A stretch of 64,000 nucleotides of DNA, taken from NCBI GenBank assembly GCA_963665615.2, contig CAXXQE010000008.1:310001-374000 (forward strand), read 5' to 3'. Shown piece by piece: positions 1 to 10,145 of the stretch; position 1 is the stretch's first letter, and each line of letters opens with the position of its first letter. The position numbers were made by a program, and so were the translations under genes. Source of the DNA: Syntrophales bacterium (GTDB taxonomy: Bacteria > Desulfobacterota > Syntrophia > Syntrophales > UBA4778). Under the pieces are notes generated by a model. It searched no databases, was not told the origin of the DNA, and saw only the letters and a program-made list of their open reading frames with translations.

Positions 1-1
1 G

Positions 2-850
2 CAGACTGCCAGCATGCCGCCGGAGACGCAATCCCTTCCCGGGATGGTCCTGGGAAAGGAGTTGGCGAAAAACCTCGGTCTCTCTCTTTACGATACAGTT
101 GATATCATTCTGCCATCTGGTGTCTCGACCCCTATGGGCATGGTCCCGAGGGTAAAAAAATTCGTTGTAGTCGGCGTCTTCGATTCCGGCTTTTATGAGC
201 ACGACGCTTCTTTGATTTATACGTCTCTAAGAGACGCTCAACAACTTCTGGGAATGAATGCCATGGTGACGGGCATCGAGGTCAAAGTCCGTGACATCTA
301 TAAGGCGCGGCAGATTGCCGACGTCATCGAGGCCAGGGTCGGATTTCCCTTTCTGGCCAGGGACTGGATGCAGATGAATAAAAATCTCTTTTCCGCCCTG
401 AGACTTGAAAAACGGGTTATGTTTATTATCCTGACCCTCATCGTTCTGGTCGCCGCTTTCAACATTATCAGTTCGCTCATCATGATCGTCATGGAAAAAA
501 GTCGGGATATTGCCATCTTAAAGGCAATGGGGGCAACCGCTAACCAGATTATGAAGATCTTTATCTTTCAGGGCGTTATTATCGGGGTCATCGGAACGAT
601 CCTCGGTTGCATTGGCGGTTTGAGCGTGGCGGCCAATGTCGAGTATTTGAGTGCATCAATCGAAAGGACCTTCGGTTTCAAGATTCTGCCCAGTGACGTC
701 TATTACCTGAGCAGCCTTCCTTCACAGATCAATTATTCCGATGTCTTGTTGATTATTATCGCGACGTTGCTCATCAGTCTGGCTGCAACAATCTATCCCT
801 CTCGGAAGGCGTCAAAGATCGACCCGGTTGAAGCCTTGAGATACGAATAG
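2..850 (+). CDS. lolE: Lipoprotein-releasing ABC transporter permease LolC/LolE (5' end outside window)
   Basis: Frame open from window start; motifs NLFSALRLEKRVMFIILTLIVLVAAFNI and C-terminal PVEALRYE; directly upstream of lolD. Confidence 0.92.
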   Translation, partial: QTASMPPETQSLPGMVLGKELAKNLGLSLYDTVDIILPSGVSTPMGMVPRVKKFVVVGVFDSGFYEHDASLIYTSLRDAQQLLGMNAMVTGIEVKVRDIYKARQIADVIEARVGFPFLARDWMQMNKNLFSALRLEKRVMFIILTLIVLVAAFNIISSLIMIVMEKSRDIAILKAMGATANQIMKIFIFQGVIIGVIGTILGCIGGLSVAANVEYLSASIERTFGFKILPSDVYYLSSLPSQINYSDVLLIIIATLLISLAATIYPSRKASKIDPVEALRYE

Positions 851-962
851 TCATCATTACTTCAGGGGACAGGAGGACATAACCACCGACCGAACACCAG
901 GCTATGCAGAGAATCATCCATAACCGTCTGCCGATGACCAAGGTCGAATGTTTGTCTTAATC

Positions 963-1631
963 ATGATTAAACTAAGGAATCTCAGTAAATCGTTTACAAA
1001 AAATGGTCGGACCATCAACGTCCTCCGGGATCTGACCCTTGACATCGCCAATGGGGAATCCCTGGCGATTGTCGGCGCTTCGGGCGCGGGTAAAAGCACC
1101 CTTCTCCACATCCTGGGCGCCTTGGAACATCCTTCTGCCGGCAGCGTTTTGTATGACGATACAGATGTCTTTCAATGGGGCCCGCAACAACTTGCGGCCT
1201 TTCGAAACAAAAAAATAGGTTTTGTCTTTCAGTTTCATCACCTGCTGCCTGAATTCAGCTGTCTGGAAAACACCATGATGCCCGCGCTGATCTCCGGAAT
1301 ACCAAAAAAAATTGCACGACTGCGCGCAGAGATTATCTTGAATGATGTAGGCCTTGGTGATAGGATGCCGCACAAACCGGGGGAGCTATCGGGAGGCGAG
1401 CAGCAAAGGGCGGCAGTGGCTCGCGCTCTGATGATGGAGCCGGAGGTATTGCTTGCCGACGAACCGACCGGAAACCTCGACTCGGAAACAGGCCATAAAA
1501 TAGATTCCCTGTTCCTGGATCTCAATAGGCAGAAGCAGATCACCCTGATTGTGGTGACCCATAACCAAATGCTGGCAAAAAAAATGTCCCGCAGCATCGG
1601 GCTGAAGGACGGAAAGATCATTCCGCTGTGA
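963..1631 (+). CDS. lolD: Lipoprotein-releasing ABC transporter ATPase LolD
   Basis: Walker [23 protein letters not shown], signature [19 protein letters not shown]; start ATG 963 (948 possible). Confidence 0.95.
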   Translation: MIKLRNLSKSFTKNGRTINVLRDLTLDIANGESLAIVGASGAGKSTLLHILGALEHPSAGSVLYDDTDVFQWGPQQLAAFRNKKIGFVFQFHHLLPEFSCLENTMMPALISGIPKKIARLRAEIILNDVGLGDRMPHKPGELSGGEQQRAAVARALMMEPEVLLADEPTGNLDSETGHKIDSLFLDLNRQKQITLIVVTHNQMLAKKMSRSIGLKDGKIIPL

Positions 1632-4300
1632 AAGAAAAGAAACTTTTATCATTTGCCCTGTTGATGATTGGCTTTGCTTCTGTCGTTTTATTTTCGTCCA
1701 CCGCATTGGCGCAGCAACCGCTAATCAAGATTGCCGTCCTGCCTTTTGAGGTTCATAGCGAAAAGGAGGTCCCCACTCTCCAGAAGCAAATCCAATCTCA
1801 GTTGATTACGAACCTTCTGAAAACCAAGATATTTCAAACCATCGCTCCGGACGAACTTGCCCGCCTTGGCAGCGGTGAAAAAATAGACGAAAAGATGGCA
1901 AAATCGCTTGGTGAAGAGACGGGGGCGGATTATGTCATTTTTGGGAGTGTAACTCAACTCGGCATTACTCTTAGCATCGATGCAAAAGTCCTTCCCGTCA
2001 AAGGCGAACGAATTCTGCGCAACCTCTTCGCCCAGGGTCGCGGCATTGAAAATCTGTCGAAGCTCTGCAGTCAACTCTCCGATAAGGTTCTAGTCATTGC
2101 CGCGGGTGAAACGCGGATTGCCGCCATTTATGTCAAAGGCACCTTTAAAATCGAGCCCAGCGCTGTCCTGAACGTCATCAAAAGTGCCCAAGGCAAAAAC
2201 CTCTCAGAAACAAACATTAACGCCGATATCCGAGCCATTTTCAAGATGGGATTCTTCGATGATGTGAAGGCGGAAGTCCAAGACACCTCCGCAGGCAAGG
2301 AATTGACCTTCGTGGTCAAGGAAAAGCCTGCCATTGCGGAAATCAAGTATGCGGGCAATAAGGCATTGAAGAACAAGGACCTTGAAGGGGCCGTTACCGT
2401 CAAGGCGCATCAGCTCGTCAATATGGAGCGCGTACGCGCTGATATCGACAAGATAAAGGGGCTCTATTCGGACAAGGGCTATCGCAACGTTGAAATCACT
2501 CCTGAAATCAATCGCAAAAGCGACAAAGAAGTCGTCTTGACCTTTAAAATCGATGAGCAACAACAGCTCTTTGTCAAAAAAATTACCTTCACGGGCAACC
2601 AGGCCTTCTCCAATAGACGGTTGTCAAAACTGATGGAGACGAATGAATGGGGCATCTTTCATTTCATATCGGATTCAGGGCTCCTCAAAACTGAAAAACT
2701 TAATTCGGATCTCAACAAAATCTCTGTCTTTTATCTCAATAACGGCTATATCCATGCGCGGGTCGGTACACCGATCATCACCAGTGACAAAAAAGGAATT
2801 TCTATCACCATCCCCATTTCAGAAGGCAGACGGTTCAAAGTCGGCAAAGTGGATATCGCCGGAGATCTTCCCAATGTACCCAAGACCCAGCTATTATCGA
2901 ATCTGAAGATTCTCAAGGGAAATCACTACGATCGGGAGGCCGTGATTAAGGACGTCGATTTTCTGACAGAAAAACTTAATAATGAGGGGTACGCTTATGC
3001 CGACATAGTCCCCGATGTCCTGCCGCACGACCAGGAGCAGGTAGTCGATGTTACCTATAAACTAACGAAAAATGATAAGGTCTATTTCAATAGGATTTCC
3101 ATCAGCGGCAACACTAAGACGAGGGACAAGGTCATACGCAGGGAGCTCGAGTTCTCGGAGGGCGATCTCTACACTCGGGACGACTTGAAGGAGAGTTACA
3201 CCAAGCTCAACCGCTTCCAGTATTTTGAGGAGATTGACTTTCAGGCAGAAAAAGGATCCGAGAAAAGCCTGATGGACGTCAATATACGAGTCAAAGAGAA
3301 ACCGACCGGTCAGATCAGTCTGGGAGCTGGATACAGCGCCAACAACGGCGCGGTGTTGACGGGCCAAATTTCCCAGCAGAATCTTTTGGGTCGAGGCCAA
3401 ACCCTCGGCCTTACGGCTTCGCTCGGCAGCCGGTCCTCGTCCATCAGCCTGGCTTTCACGGAGCCATGGCTGTTCGACGAGCCCCTCTGGAGCAAATATG
3501 AAATCTGGCATACCTACACTGAATACGATACATACGACGTGAGTTCCTCAGGTTTCGGGTTGACGCTGGGCTATCCGATGTGGAAGCTAGGATTCCCCAC
3601 CTGGAAAAAGGTTTATGGTTATCTCGGCTACCGCCTCTCCATGGATGACATCAGCAATGTCTATGCCACAGCCTCCAACTATATCAAACGCCAGGAGGGC
3701 CAAACCACTACGAGTTCGGTGACAGGAACCCTGACGCGTGACACGACTGACGACAACATGTTTCCCACAAGGGGAAGCCGCAACAGCGCCAGCATCGAAT
3801 ATGCCGGTGGTCTTCTTGGCGGAACGACCGCTTTCGTAAAGTACACAGGGGTTTCCTCCTGGTTTTTCCCGCTTCCATTGGATCTGGTGTTTGGTGTCAA
3901 GGGACGCATGGGTTACATCCAGGAACTCGAAGGTAAGCTCATCCCTGTTTGGAATCGTTTCTACGTGGGTGGAATCAACTCGATTCGGGGTCTGCGGGAG
4001 GTGGGGCCCTTAGACCCGGCAACAGGCGATGCGATTGGCGGTCTCACCATGACGGTTTTCAACTCGGAACTCGTTTTCCCTATTGTAAAAAGCGCCGGGA
4101 TCAAAGGGGTTGCCTTCTTTGACATGGGGAACGCCTGGAGTCGGGGATATCATTTTGAAGAACTGAGAAGAACCGCGGGGCTGGGGCTGCGCTGGTATTC
4201 GCCGATGGGACCCTTGCGACTTGAATGGGGTTATATTCTAGACAGAAAGTATAATGAACCGACCAGCCGAATTGAATTTACGGTAGGCTTCTTTATGTAA
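1628..4300 (+). CDS. bamA: Outer membrane protein assembly factor BamA with an extra N-terminal domain
   Basis: GTG start overlapping lolD stop; signal peptide, POTRA repeats ([13 protein letters not shown]), barrel end [18 protein letters not shown]; canonical lolD-bamA-skp-lpxD order. Confidence 0.95.
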   Translation: MKEKKLLSFALLMIGFASVVLFSSTALAQQPLIKIAVLPFEVHSEKEVPTLQKQIQSQLITNLLKTKIFQTIAPDELARLGSGEKIDEKMAKSLGEETGADYVIFGSVTQLGITLSIDAKVLPVKGERILRNLFAQGRGIENLSKLCSQLSDKVLVIAAGETRIAAIYVKGTFKIEPSAVLNVIKSAQGKNLSETNINADIRAIFKMGFFDDVKAEVQDTSAGKELTFVVKEKPAIAEIKYAGNKALKNKDLEGAVTVKAHQLVNMERVRADIDKIKGLYSDKGYRNVEITPEINRKSDKEVVLTFKIDEQQQLFVKKITFTGNQAFSNRRLSKLMETNEWGIFHFISDSGLLKTEKLNSDLNKISVFYLNNGYIHARVGTPIITSDKKGISITIPISEGRRFKVGKVDIAGDLPNVPKTQLLSNLKILKGNHYDREAVIKDVDFLTEKLNNEGYAYADIVPDVLPHDQEQVVDVTYKLTKNDKVYFNRISISGNTKTRDKVIRRELEFSEGDLYTRDDLKESYTKLNRFQYFEEIDFQAEKGSEKSLMDVNIRVKEKPTGQISLGAGYSANNGAVLTGQISQQNLLGRGQTLGLTASLGSRSSSISLAFTEPWLFDEPLWSKYEIWHTYTEYDTYDVSSSGFGLTLGYPMWKLGFPTWKKVYGYLGYRLSMDDISNVYATASNYIKRQEGQTTTSSVTGTLTRDTTDDNMFPTRGSRNSASIEYAGGLLGGTTAFVKYTGVSSWFFPLPLDLVFGVKGRMGYIQELEGKLIPVWNRFYVGGINSIRGLREVGPLDPATGDAIGGLTMTVFNSELVFPIVKSAGIKGVAFFDMGNAWSRGYHFEELRRTAGLGLRWYSPMGPLRLEWGYILDRKYNEPTSRIEFTVGFFM

Positions 4301-4335
4301 CGGTTCACCACTATAGGACACTTAGGAGGAAGTTC

Positions 4336-4896
4336 ATGAAAAACAAGATGATTACTGTTTCGTTTGTTGCCGTGCTGACCGTGCTGCTGGCCTGTTCGAC
4401 TGCAATGGCACAGGGGGCTGCCGTCAAAATCGGCTTCATCGATCTCAGAGAGATCATTCAATCGTCAGAGGCTGGCAAGCAGGCATCTGTCGAACTGAAA
4501 AAGGCCTTGGATAAAAAGAAAACCGCTATTCAAGACGCCGAGGCGGAACTCAAAAAGATGAAGGACGCCCTCGACAAGCAACGGTCGGTCTTGAAAGAGG
4601 ATACCGTTAAAGATCGGGAAATGGAGATTCAGAAACGCTACCGAGATTACCAGAGACTTGTCAGTGATGCAAAGGAAGAGCTTTCAGCCCGGGATCAACA
4701 GTTGGGACAAAAATTGATACCGGAGGTTCTGAAGATCGTCAATGCCATTGGCGAGAAGGAAGGCTATACCATGATTCTGGACGCCTCGACCGTTGCCTAT
4801 CACACTGCCGGTCTGAACATAACCAAGCGAGTGGTCGCCGAATTGAATAAAGTCACGGCTGCGGAGGGCACATCTTCCAAGAGTGGCAAGAAGTAA
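4336..4896 (+). CDS. skp: OmpH/Skp periplasmic chaperone
   Basis: Signal peptide, KIGFIDL, long coiled coil, [25 protein letters not shown] upstream. Confidence 0.92.
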   Translation: MKNKMITVSFVAVLTVLLACSTAMAQGAAVKIGFIDLREIIQSSEAGKQASVELKKALDKKKTAIQDAEAELKKMKDALDKQRSVLKEDTVKDREMEIQKRYRDYQRLVSDAKEELSARDQQLGQKLIPEVLKIVNAIGEKEGYTMILDASTVAYHTAGLNITKRVVAELNKVTAAEGTSSKSGKK

Positions 4897-4946
4897 AAGC
4901 ACTATTGCAACAAGAGTATTGTAGAAGGGATATAATAACAAATCAA

Positions 4947-5978
4947 ATGCCCTCAAAAACACTTCAGGAAATTTCGGTATTCCTCGGAGCGCGTCTGATC
5001 GGCGACGGCGAGGTACGAATTGAAGGAATTAAAGGTCTCGACGAAGCCGGGGTGGGAGATTTAACCTTCCTCGCTAACGCCAAATACCGTGATAAGCTCA
5101 AGGACACGCAGGCATCGGCAGTCCTGGTTGACCCCTCAATCGATCATGCCGCTGCAAACCTGCTGGTCGTGGACGATCCCTATATCGCATTGGCCCGCCT
5201 GCTGGCCTGGATGTATCCCCCAGCCCATGGTAAACCCGGCATCAGTCCGAAGGCCTACGTTGCACCGGGAGCGACCGTTGCCGAGACCGCCACGATTTAC
5301 CCCAATGTCTATGTGGGCGAGGGCGCCCACATCGCGGCAGGCGCCGTGCTCTACCCCGGCGTTTTTATCGGTTCCGACGCCATGATCGGCGAAGACACGG
5401 TTCTCAGCGCTAACGTGGTCGTTCAGGCGCGATCCGTCATCGGCAAGCGCTGCATTCTGAATGCCGGCGTTATCGTCGGCGGAGACGGTTTCGGATTTGC
5501 AAATCCGGGGGCGGAAAATTTAAAGGTCCCCCAAGTCGGATTTGTCCAGATCGACGATGATGTAGAGATCGGCGCCAATACGACCATCGACCGGGGCACC
5601 CTGGGAAGAACCTGGATCCAACGCGGGGTCAAAATCGACAACTTGGTCCAGATTGCCCACAACGTCGTGGTTGGGGAAAATTCGATCATCGTTGCCCAAG
5701 TCGGCGTTTCTGGCAGCACCCGGATCGGCAAAGGGGTCATCCTGGCCGGTCAGGTCGGCGTCGTCGGCCATATCGAGATCGGCGACGGGGTCATGGTGGG
5801 GGCCCAGTCGGGTGTCGGCGAGAGCATCCCCGCAGGACAGCTGGTATCGGGAAGCCCCACGATGCCTCACAAAACATGGCTCCGTGTACAGGCCATCCTG
5901 TCGAAACTCCCCGAACTCCGGACAATGCTGCTGTCGCTTGCCAAGCGCGTTGAGGAGTTAGAAAAAGACAGACATTAG
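4947..5978 (+). CDS. lpxD: UDP-3-O/N-acyl-glucosamine N-acyltransferase LpxD
   Basis: LTFLANAKY, hexapeptide repeats, [26 protein letters not shown]. Confidence 0.96.
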   Translation: MPSKTLQEISVFLGARLIGDGEVRIEGIKGLDEAGVGDLTFLANAKYRDKLKDTQASAVLVDPSIDHAAANLLVVDDPYIALARLLAWMYPPAHGKPGISPKAYVAPGATVAETATIYPNVYVGEGAHIAAGAVLYPGVFIGSDAMIGEDTVLSANVVVQARSVIGKRCILNAGVIVGGDGFGFANPGAENLKVPQVGFVQIDDDVEIGANTTIDRGTLGRTWIQRGVKIDNLVQIAHNVVVGENSIIVAQVGVSGSTRIGKGVILAGQVGVVGHIEIGDGVMVGAQSGVGESIPAGQLVSGSPTMPHKTWLRVQAILSKLPELRTMLLSLAKRVEELEKDRH

Positions 5979-5991
5979 GGAAAGACATAAA

Positions 5992-6058
5992 TAAACGTTA
6001 GACGATGGACGTTAGAACACGAGAAAGGTTTCTTCTAACGCCTGAAGTCTTTTGTCTA
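5992..6058. repeat. Degenerate 7-nt tandem repeats forming an imperfect inverted repeat in the lpxD-lpxA spacer
   Basis: TAAACGT TAGACGA TGGACGT TAGAA (5992-6017) vs reverse complement of 6033-6058; 17/26 identical, innermost CGTTAGAA/TTCTAACG perfect. Confidence 0.55.
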
Positions 6059-6078
6059 TATTGACATTGAGGTTACAA

Positions 6079-6852
6079 ATGAAGATCCACAACACAGCCA
6101 TTATCGCACCCGATGCTCAAATCGGGAATAACGTCGAAATCGGACCCTATTCCATTATCGGTCACAGCATCACGATCGGGGACGGCACGATTATCGGGCC
6201 GCACGCCATCATTGAAAGCCACACCGATATCGGTAAGAACTGCCGCATCGCACAGTTCAGCTCCATTGGCGGGATTCCACAGGATTTGAAATACCAGGGG
6301 GAAGAGACCCGCGTGGTGATCGGGGACAACAATGTCATCAAGGAATATGTCACGATCAACCGGGCCACAGACAGCGACATCGGTGTCACCATCATCGGAA
6401 ACAACAACCTGATCATGGCTTACTGCCATGTCGCACACAACTGCAAACTGGGCAACAACATCGTATTGTCCAACGCCGTCAATCTGGCAGGTCATGTCCA
6501 CATCGACGATTTCGTCGGCGTGGGTGGCATGTCGGCTGTCCGTCAGTTTACGAAGATCGGCACCCAGGTCTTCGTTGCCGGCGCCTCGGCCGTCAACAAT
6601 GACATCCCCCCCTATTTGCTGGTCTCTGGGAACCATGCCAAACCCTTCGGCCTGAATCTGGTCGGCTTGCAGCGGCGGGGGTTCAGCAACGAGACCCTGT
6701 CCAACCTGAAAAGGGCCTATAAGATCGTTTACCGTTCCTCGCTCCTCTTATCTCAAGCCATCGAGACGCTGGACAATGAATTTCCGGATAGTCCCGAGGT
6801 CAAGTTATTCGCAGACTTTATCAGGACGGCCGAACGCCCGATTTGCCGCTGA
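6079..6852 (+). CDS. lpxA: Acyl-ACP:UDP-GlcNAc(3N) acyltransferase LpxA
   Basis: PQDLKY, YCHVAHNC, LAGHV, GLNLVGLQRRGF; SD GAGG before ATG 6079. Confidence 0.96.
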   Translation: MKIHNTAIIAPDAQIGNNVEIGPYSIIGHSITIGDGTIIGPHAIIESHTDIGKNCRIAQFSSIGGIPQDLKYQGEETRVVIGDNNVIKEYVTINRATDSDIGVTIIGNNNLIMAYCHVAHNCKLGNNIVLSNAVNLAGHVHIDDFVGVGGMSAVRQFTKIGTQVFVAGASAVNNDIPPYLLVSGNHAKPFGLNLVGLQRRGFSNETLSNLKRAYKIVYRSSLLLSQAIETLDNEFPDSPEVKLFADFIRTAERPICR

Positions 6853-6884
6853 TCGCCGGAACGCGCGTATAGGAAACAGCAGAC

Positions 6885-7847
6885 ATGAGTGAACCAAGAG
6901 TCGGGGTGGTCGGCATCGGCCACCTCGGAACATATCATTTACAGAAGTACGCAAAACTTCCAAACAACCGGATCGTTGGCGTGGCCGATGTCCTGATGGA
7001 AAAAGCGCAAAAGGCCGGCGAAACATACGGCTGCGACGTCTTCAGCGATCACCGGGATCTCATCGGCAAGATCGACGCGGCGAGCATCACCGTTCCAACC
7101 GAGAGCCATTACAGGGTAGCGCGGGACTTCCTGGAGGCCGGAATTGATATCCTCCTGGAAAAGCCCATGACCGTAACCCTGGCAGAGGCAGATCATCTCG
7201 TCAAGTTGGCACGCGAAAAAAAAAGGATCATCCAAATCGGCTTCGTTGAACGGTTCAATCCGGCGATCGTAGCCCTTTCTAAAGTCATCGAGACCCCCCT
7301 CTTTGTCGAAACACACCGTCTGCACCCCTTCTTCAACCGAGGCACGGACGTAGATGTCGTGCTGGATCTCATGATCCACGACCTCGACATCATCCTTCAT
7401 TTCGTCAACTCCCCCGTCAAGACCGTTGAAGCGGTCGGCATCTCCGTGCTGTCCGATAAGGTCGATATCGCCAACGCGCGAATAGTCTTCAAAAACGGCT
7501 GCGTCGCCAACGTTACCGCTAGTCGGGTCACCGCCAAAAAGATGCAGAAGATCCGCTTCTTCGGCCCCGCCGGTTATCATTCCGTCGATTACGCCAAAAG
7601 GGAACTCGTCTCCCTAAGCAAGGGAATCGACGCCGACGGTCAGATCGAGATCAACGGAAACGATGTGGAGATCATCCCGCAGGACCCGTTGGAGGCGGAG
7701 GTCGCTGCCTTCCTGAATTCTGTCATCAGCCGAACGCCGGCAGTCGTTCCGGGCACGGATGGACGTCGGGCCCTTCAGCTCGCCCTGCGCATCGTAGAGC
7801 AAATGAAAAAGAAACAGGAGAAGATGTCCCATGTTACCCATGGTTGA
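6885..7847 (+). CDS. gnnA: Gfo/Idh/MocA oxidoreductase, UDP-GlcNAc 3-dehydrogenase GnnA-like
   Basis: GIGHLG, LLEKP, GFVERFNP, DVVLDLMIHDLD; located between lpxA and lpxB. Confidence 0.82.
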   Translation: MSEPRVGVVGIGHLGTYHLQKYAKLPNNRIVGVADVLMEKAQKAGETYGCDVFSDHRDLIGKIDAASITVPTESHYRVARDFLEAGIDILLEKPMTVTLAEADHLVKLAREKKRIIQIGFVERFNPAIVALSKVIETPLFVETHRLHPFFNRGTDVDVVLDLMIHDLDIILHFVNSPVKTVEAVGISVLSDKVDIANARIVFKNGCVANVTASRVTAKKMQKIRFFGPAGYHSVDYAKRELVSLSKGIDADGQIEINGNDVEIIPQDPLEAEVAAFLNSVISRTPAVVPGTDGRRALQLALRIVEQMKKKQEKMSHVTHG

Positions 7848-8919
7848 CCTTCATAGACAGTATCTCGAGATCAAGGAGGAGATCGATGCGGCCATTCATC
7901 AGGCGCTCGACCAGTGCCAGTTCATTCTGGGGCCGAATGTCTCCGAATTCGAGAAGGAGATTGCCGCTTACCTGAACCTGCCCTTTGCGATCGGCGTCGG
8001 CAACGGTACCGATGCACTGCTCCTGGCCCTTCAGGCCTGCGGCATTGGCGAGGGGGACGAGGTCATTACCACGCCCTTTACCTTTATTGCGACAGCTGAA
8101 GTGGTGGGGCAGCTAAAGGCCATTCCCGTTTTCGTGGATATCGATCCCGTCACCTTTAACCTGGATGTGATGCAGATCGAAAAAAAGATTACCCGAAAAA
8201 CGAAGGCCATCGTTCCGGTGCATCTTTTCGGACTCCCCGTGGACATGGACCCCATCATGGCACTTGCGCAGCGCTATGAACTCAAGGTCATTGAAGACTG
8301 CGCCCAGGCCTTCGGCGCCGAGTACAAGGGCAAGAAAGTGGGATCGATCGGAGATTGCGGCTGCTTCAGCTTTTTCCCGAGCAAGAACCTCGCCTGCTAT
8401 GGCGACGGCGGCATGATTACCGCGCGCGATGCGGAACTTGCGGAGCGTATCCGGATGCTGAGAAACCATGGCAGCAAGGTGCGCTACTATCACGACCTGT
8501 TGGGCTGGAATAGCCGACTTGACGAGATTCAGGCCGCCATTCTGCGGGTGAAGCTCAAGCGGATCGACGCCTATAACCGCGGCCGCCAGCAGGCGGCAGA
8601 GCACTATTGCCGTTATATCCATCGGGTCGGTGTGACACTTCCCTCCGGTGCATCTTATGCCTCCCATGTCTACCATCAGTTCACATTGAAATCGAAAGAC
8701 CGAGACAAGTTGGCTGCTGCACTTCAGCAGCAGGACATCTCCTCAGCCGTTTACTACCCGGTGCCCCTGCACCGGCAGGCCGTCTTCGTCCAACTTCCCG
8801 GCAACAACGACCTCACCATGAGCGAGGTCTGTGCAACGGAGGTTTTGTCCCTCCCCATGTTCCCGGAGTTGACGGAAGAAGAGATCAGGAAGACCGCCGA
8901 GGTCATCAATAACGCCTGA
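7831..8919 (+). CDS. gnnB: DegT/DnrJ PLP aminotransferase, GnnB-like
   Basis: NGTDAL, FTFIAT, EDCAQAFGA, SFFPSKNL (PLP Lys), NSRLDEIQAA; paired with gnnA. Confidence 0.82.
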   Translation: MLPMVDLHRQYLEIKEEIDAAIHQALDQCQFILGPNVSEFEKEIAAYLNLPFAIGVGNGTDALLLALQACGIGEGDEVITTPFTFIATAEVVGQLKAIPVFVDIDPVTFNLDVMQIEKKITRKTKAIVPVHLFGLPVDMDPIMALAQRYELKVIEDCAQAFGAEYKGKKVGSIGDCGCFSFFPSKNLACYGDGGMITARDAELAERIRMLRNHGSKVRYYHDLLGWNSRLDEIQAAILRVKLKRIDAYNRGRQQAAEHYCRYIHRVGVTLPSGASYASHVYHQFTLKSKDRDKLAAALQQQDISSAVYYPVPLHRQAVFVQLPGNNDLTMSEVCATEVLSLPMFPELTEEEIRKTAEVINNA

Positions 8920-10145
8920 TGGTTCCGGAGGCGACATTGCGTGAAAACCCGCCAGAGATTGTGATGCCTGAACAACCCATCAGACACGCCGTCCGTGTCG
9001 TTATCAGTGCCGGAGAGGCCTCTGGGGATCTTCACGGCGCTCATCTGATTCGGGAATTACGCCAGCTTGTGCCGGATCTTGACGTGCAGGGCATCGGGGG
9101 CAAAAACCTCGAGGCGCACGGCGTTCGGCTGGTGGCGCACATCTCCGATATGGCGATGGTCGGCATCACAGAGGTTCTCTTCAAGCTGCGATTAATCCGG
9201 AGGGTCTTTGCCCGGATGCGGCGGATCTTCCGGGAGGACAAGCCGGATCTCCTGATCCTGATTGACTACTCCGGCTTCAATCTGCCGCTGGCGCGCGCCG
9301 CTAAAAAAGAGGGCATTCCGGTTCTCTATTATGTCAGCCCGCAGGTCTGGGCCTCTCGTCGGGGGCGGATTGAGAAGATCCGCAAAACAGTGGATCGGCT
9401 CGCCGTTATCATCCCCTTCGAGGCCGCTCTCTATCAAAGAGAGGGCATCCTGGCGACTTTTGTCGGCCATCCGCTCCTGGATATCGTGCAACGAACTCGT
9501 TCCCGGCAAGAGGCGTTGGCAGACTTCACGCTGACGGAAGGACGGCCGATCGTCGGCATTCTGCCGGGAAGCCGCAAGGGCGAGATCCGCCGACTGCTGC
9601 CCGTGATGCTGGAGGCAGCCGCGCTTCTCAAGGACACCCTTCCCCAGGTGCAATTCGTCCTGCCCTTAGCGGATACACTGTCGCCGCAAGACATCGCGGA
9701 AACGCTGAAGCATTTTCCTCTGGAGATCCGGGTTATTCAAGGCGCGACCTACGATGCCGTCGGCGTATCCGACGCCGTTATGGTCGCCTCGGGGACGGCC
9801 ACCTTAGAGACGGCCATGCTGGAAACACCGATGATCATTGTCTACAAGGTCTCGGAACTGACCTATCAGATCGGAAAACGCTTTGTTTACGTCGATCAAA
9901 TCGGCCTGGTCAACATCGTTGCAGGCAAGCCTATTGTGCCGGAATTTATCCAGGGAGCAGCCACCCCGCGTGCCATGGCCGGTGAAATCAAAAGTCTCTT
10001 GACCGATAAAACAAAAAGAGAAACGATGGTCTCCGAGTTGCATCGAATCCGCACCCTTCTCGGGGAGCCGGGGGCGGCCCGGCGGGCAGCCGAGATTGCT
10101 GCAGACATGCTCCGTAAAGCCGGAAACAGACTGGAACCCAGATGA
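8919..10145 (+). CDS. lpxB: Lipid-A-disaccharide synthase LpxB
   Basis: SAGEASGDLHG, YYVSPQVWASR, FVGHPL, LPGSRKGE, ASGTATLE. Confidence 0.96.
   Translation: MVPEATLRENPPEIVMPEQPIRHAVRVVISAGEASGDLHGAHLIRELRQLVPDLDVQGIGGKNLEAHGVRLVAHISDMAMVGITEVLFKLRLIRRVFARMRRIFREDKPDLLILIDYSGFNLPLARAAKKEGIPVLYYVSPQVWASRRGRIEKIRKTVDRLAVIIPFEAALYQREGILATFVGHPLLDIVQRTRSRQEALADFTLTEGRPIVGILPGSRKGEIRRLLPVMLEAAALLKDTLPQVQFVLPLADTLSPQDIAETLKHFPLEIRVIQGATYDAVGVSDAVMVASGTATLETAMLETPMIIVYKVSELTYQIGKRFVYVDQIGLVNIVAGKPIVPEFIQGAATPRAMAGEIKSLLTDKTKRETMVSELHRIRTLLGEPGAARRAAEIAADMLRKAGNRLEPR

Noticed and set aside
851..962. Short CATAACC...CCGA direct repeat in the lolE-lolD spacer
   Set aside because: Too short and degenerate to exceed chance.
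4905..4936. Internal promoter TTGCAA...TATAAT before lpxD
   Set aside because: The spacer is 20 nt, too long to call from sequence alone.
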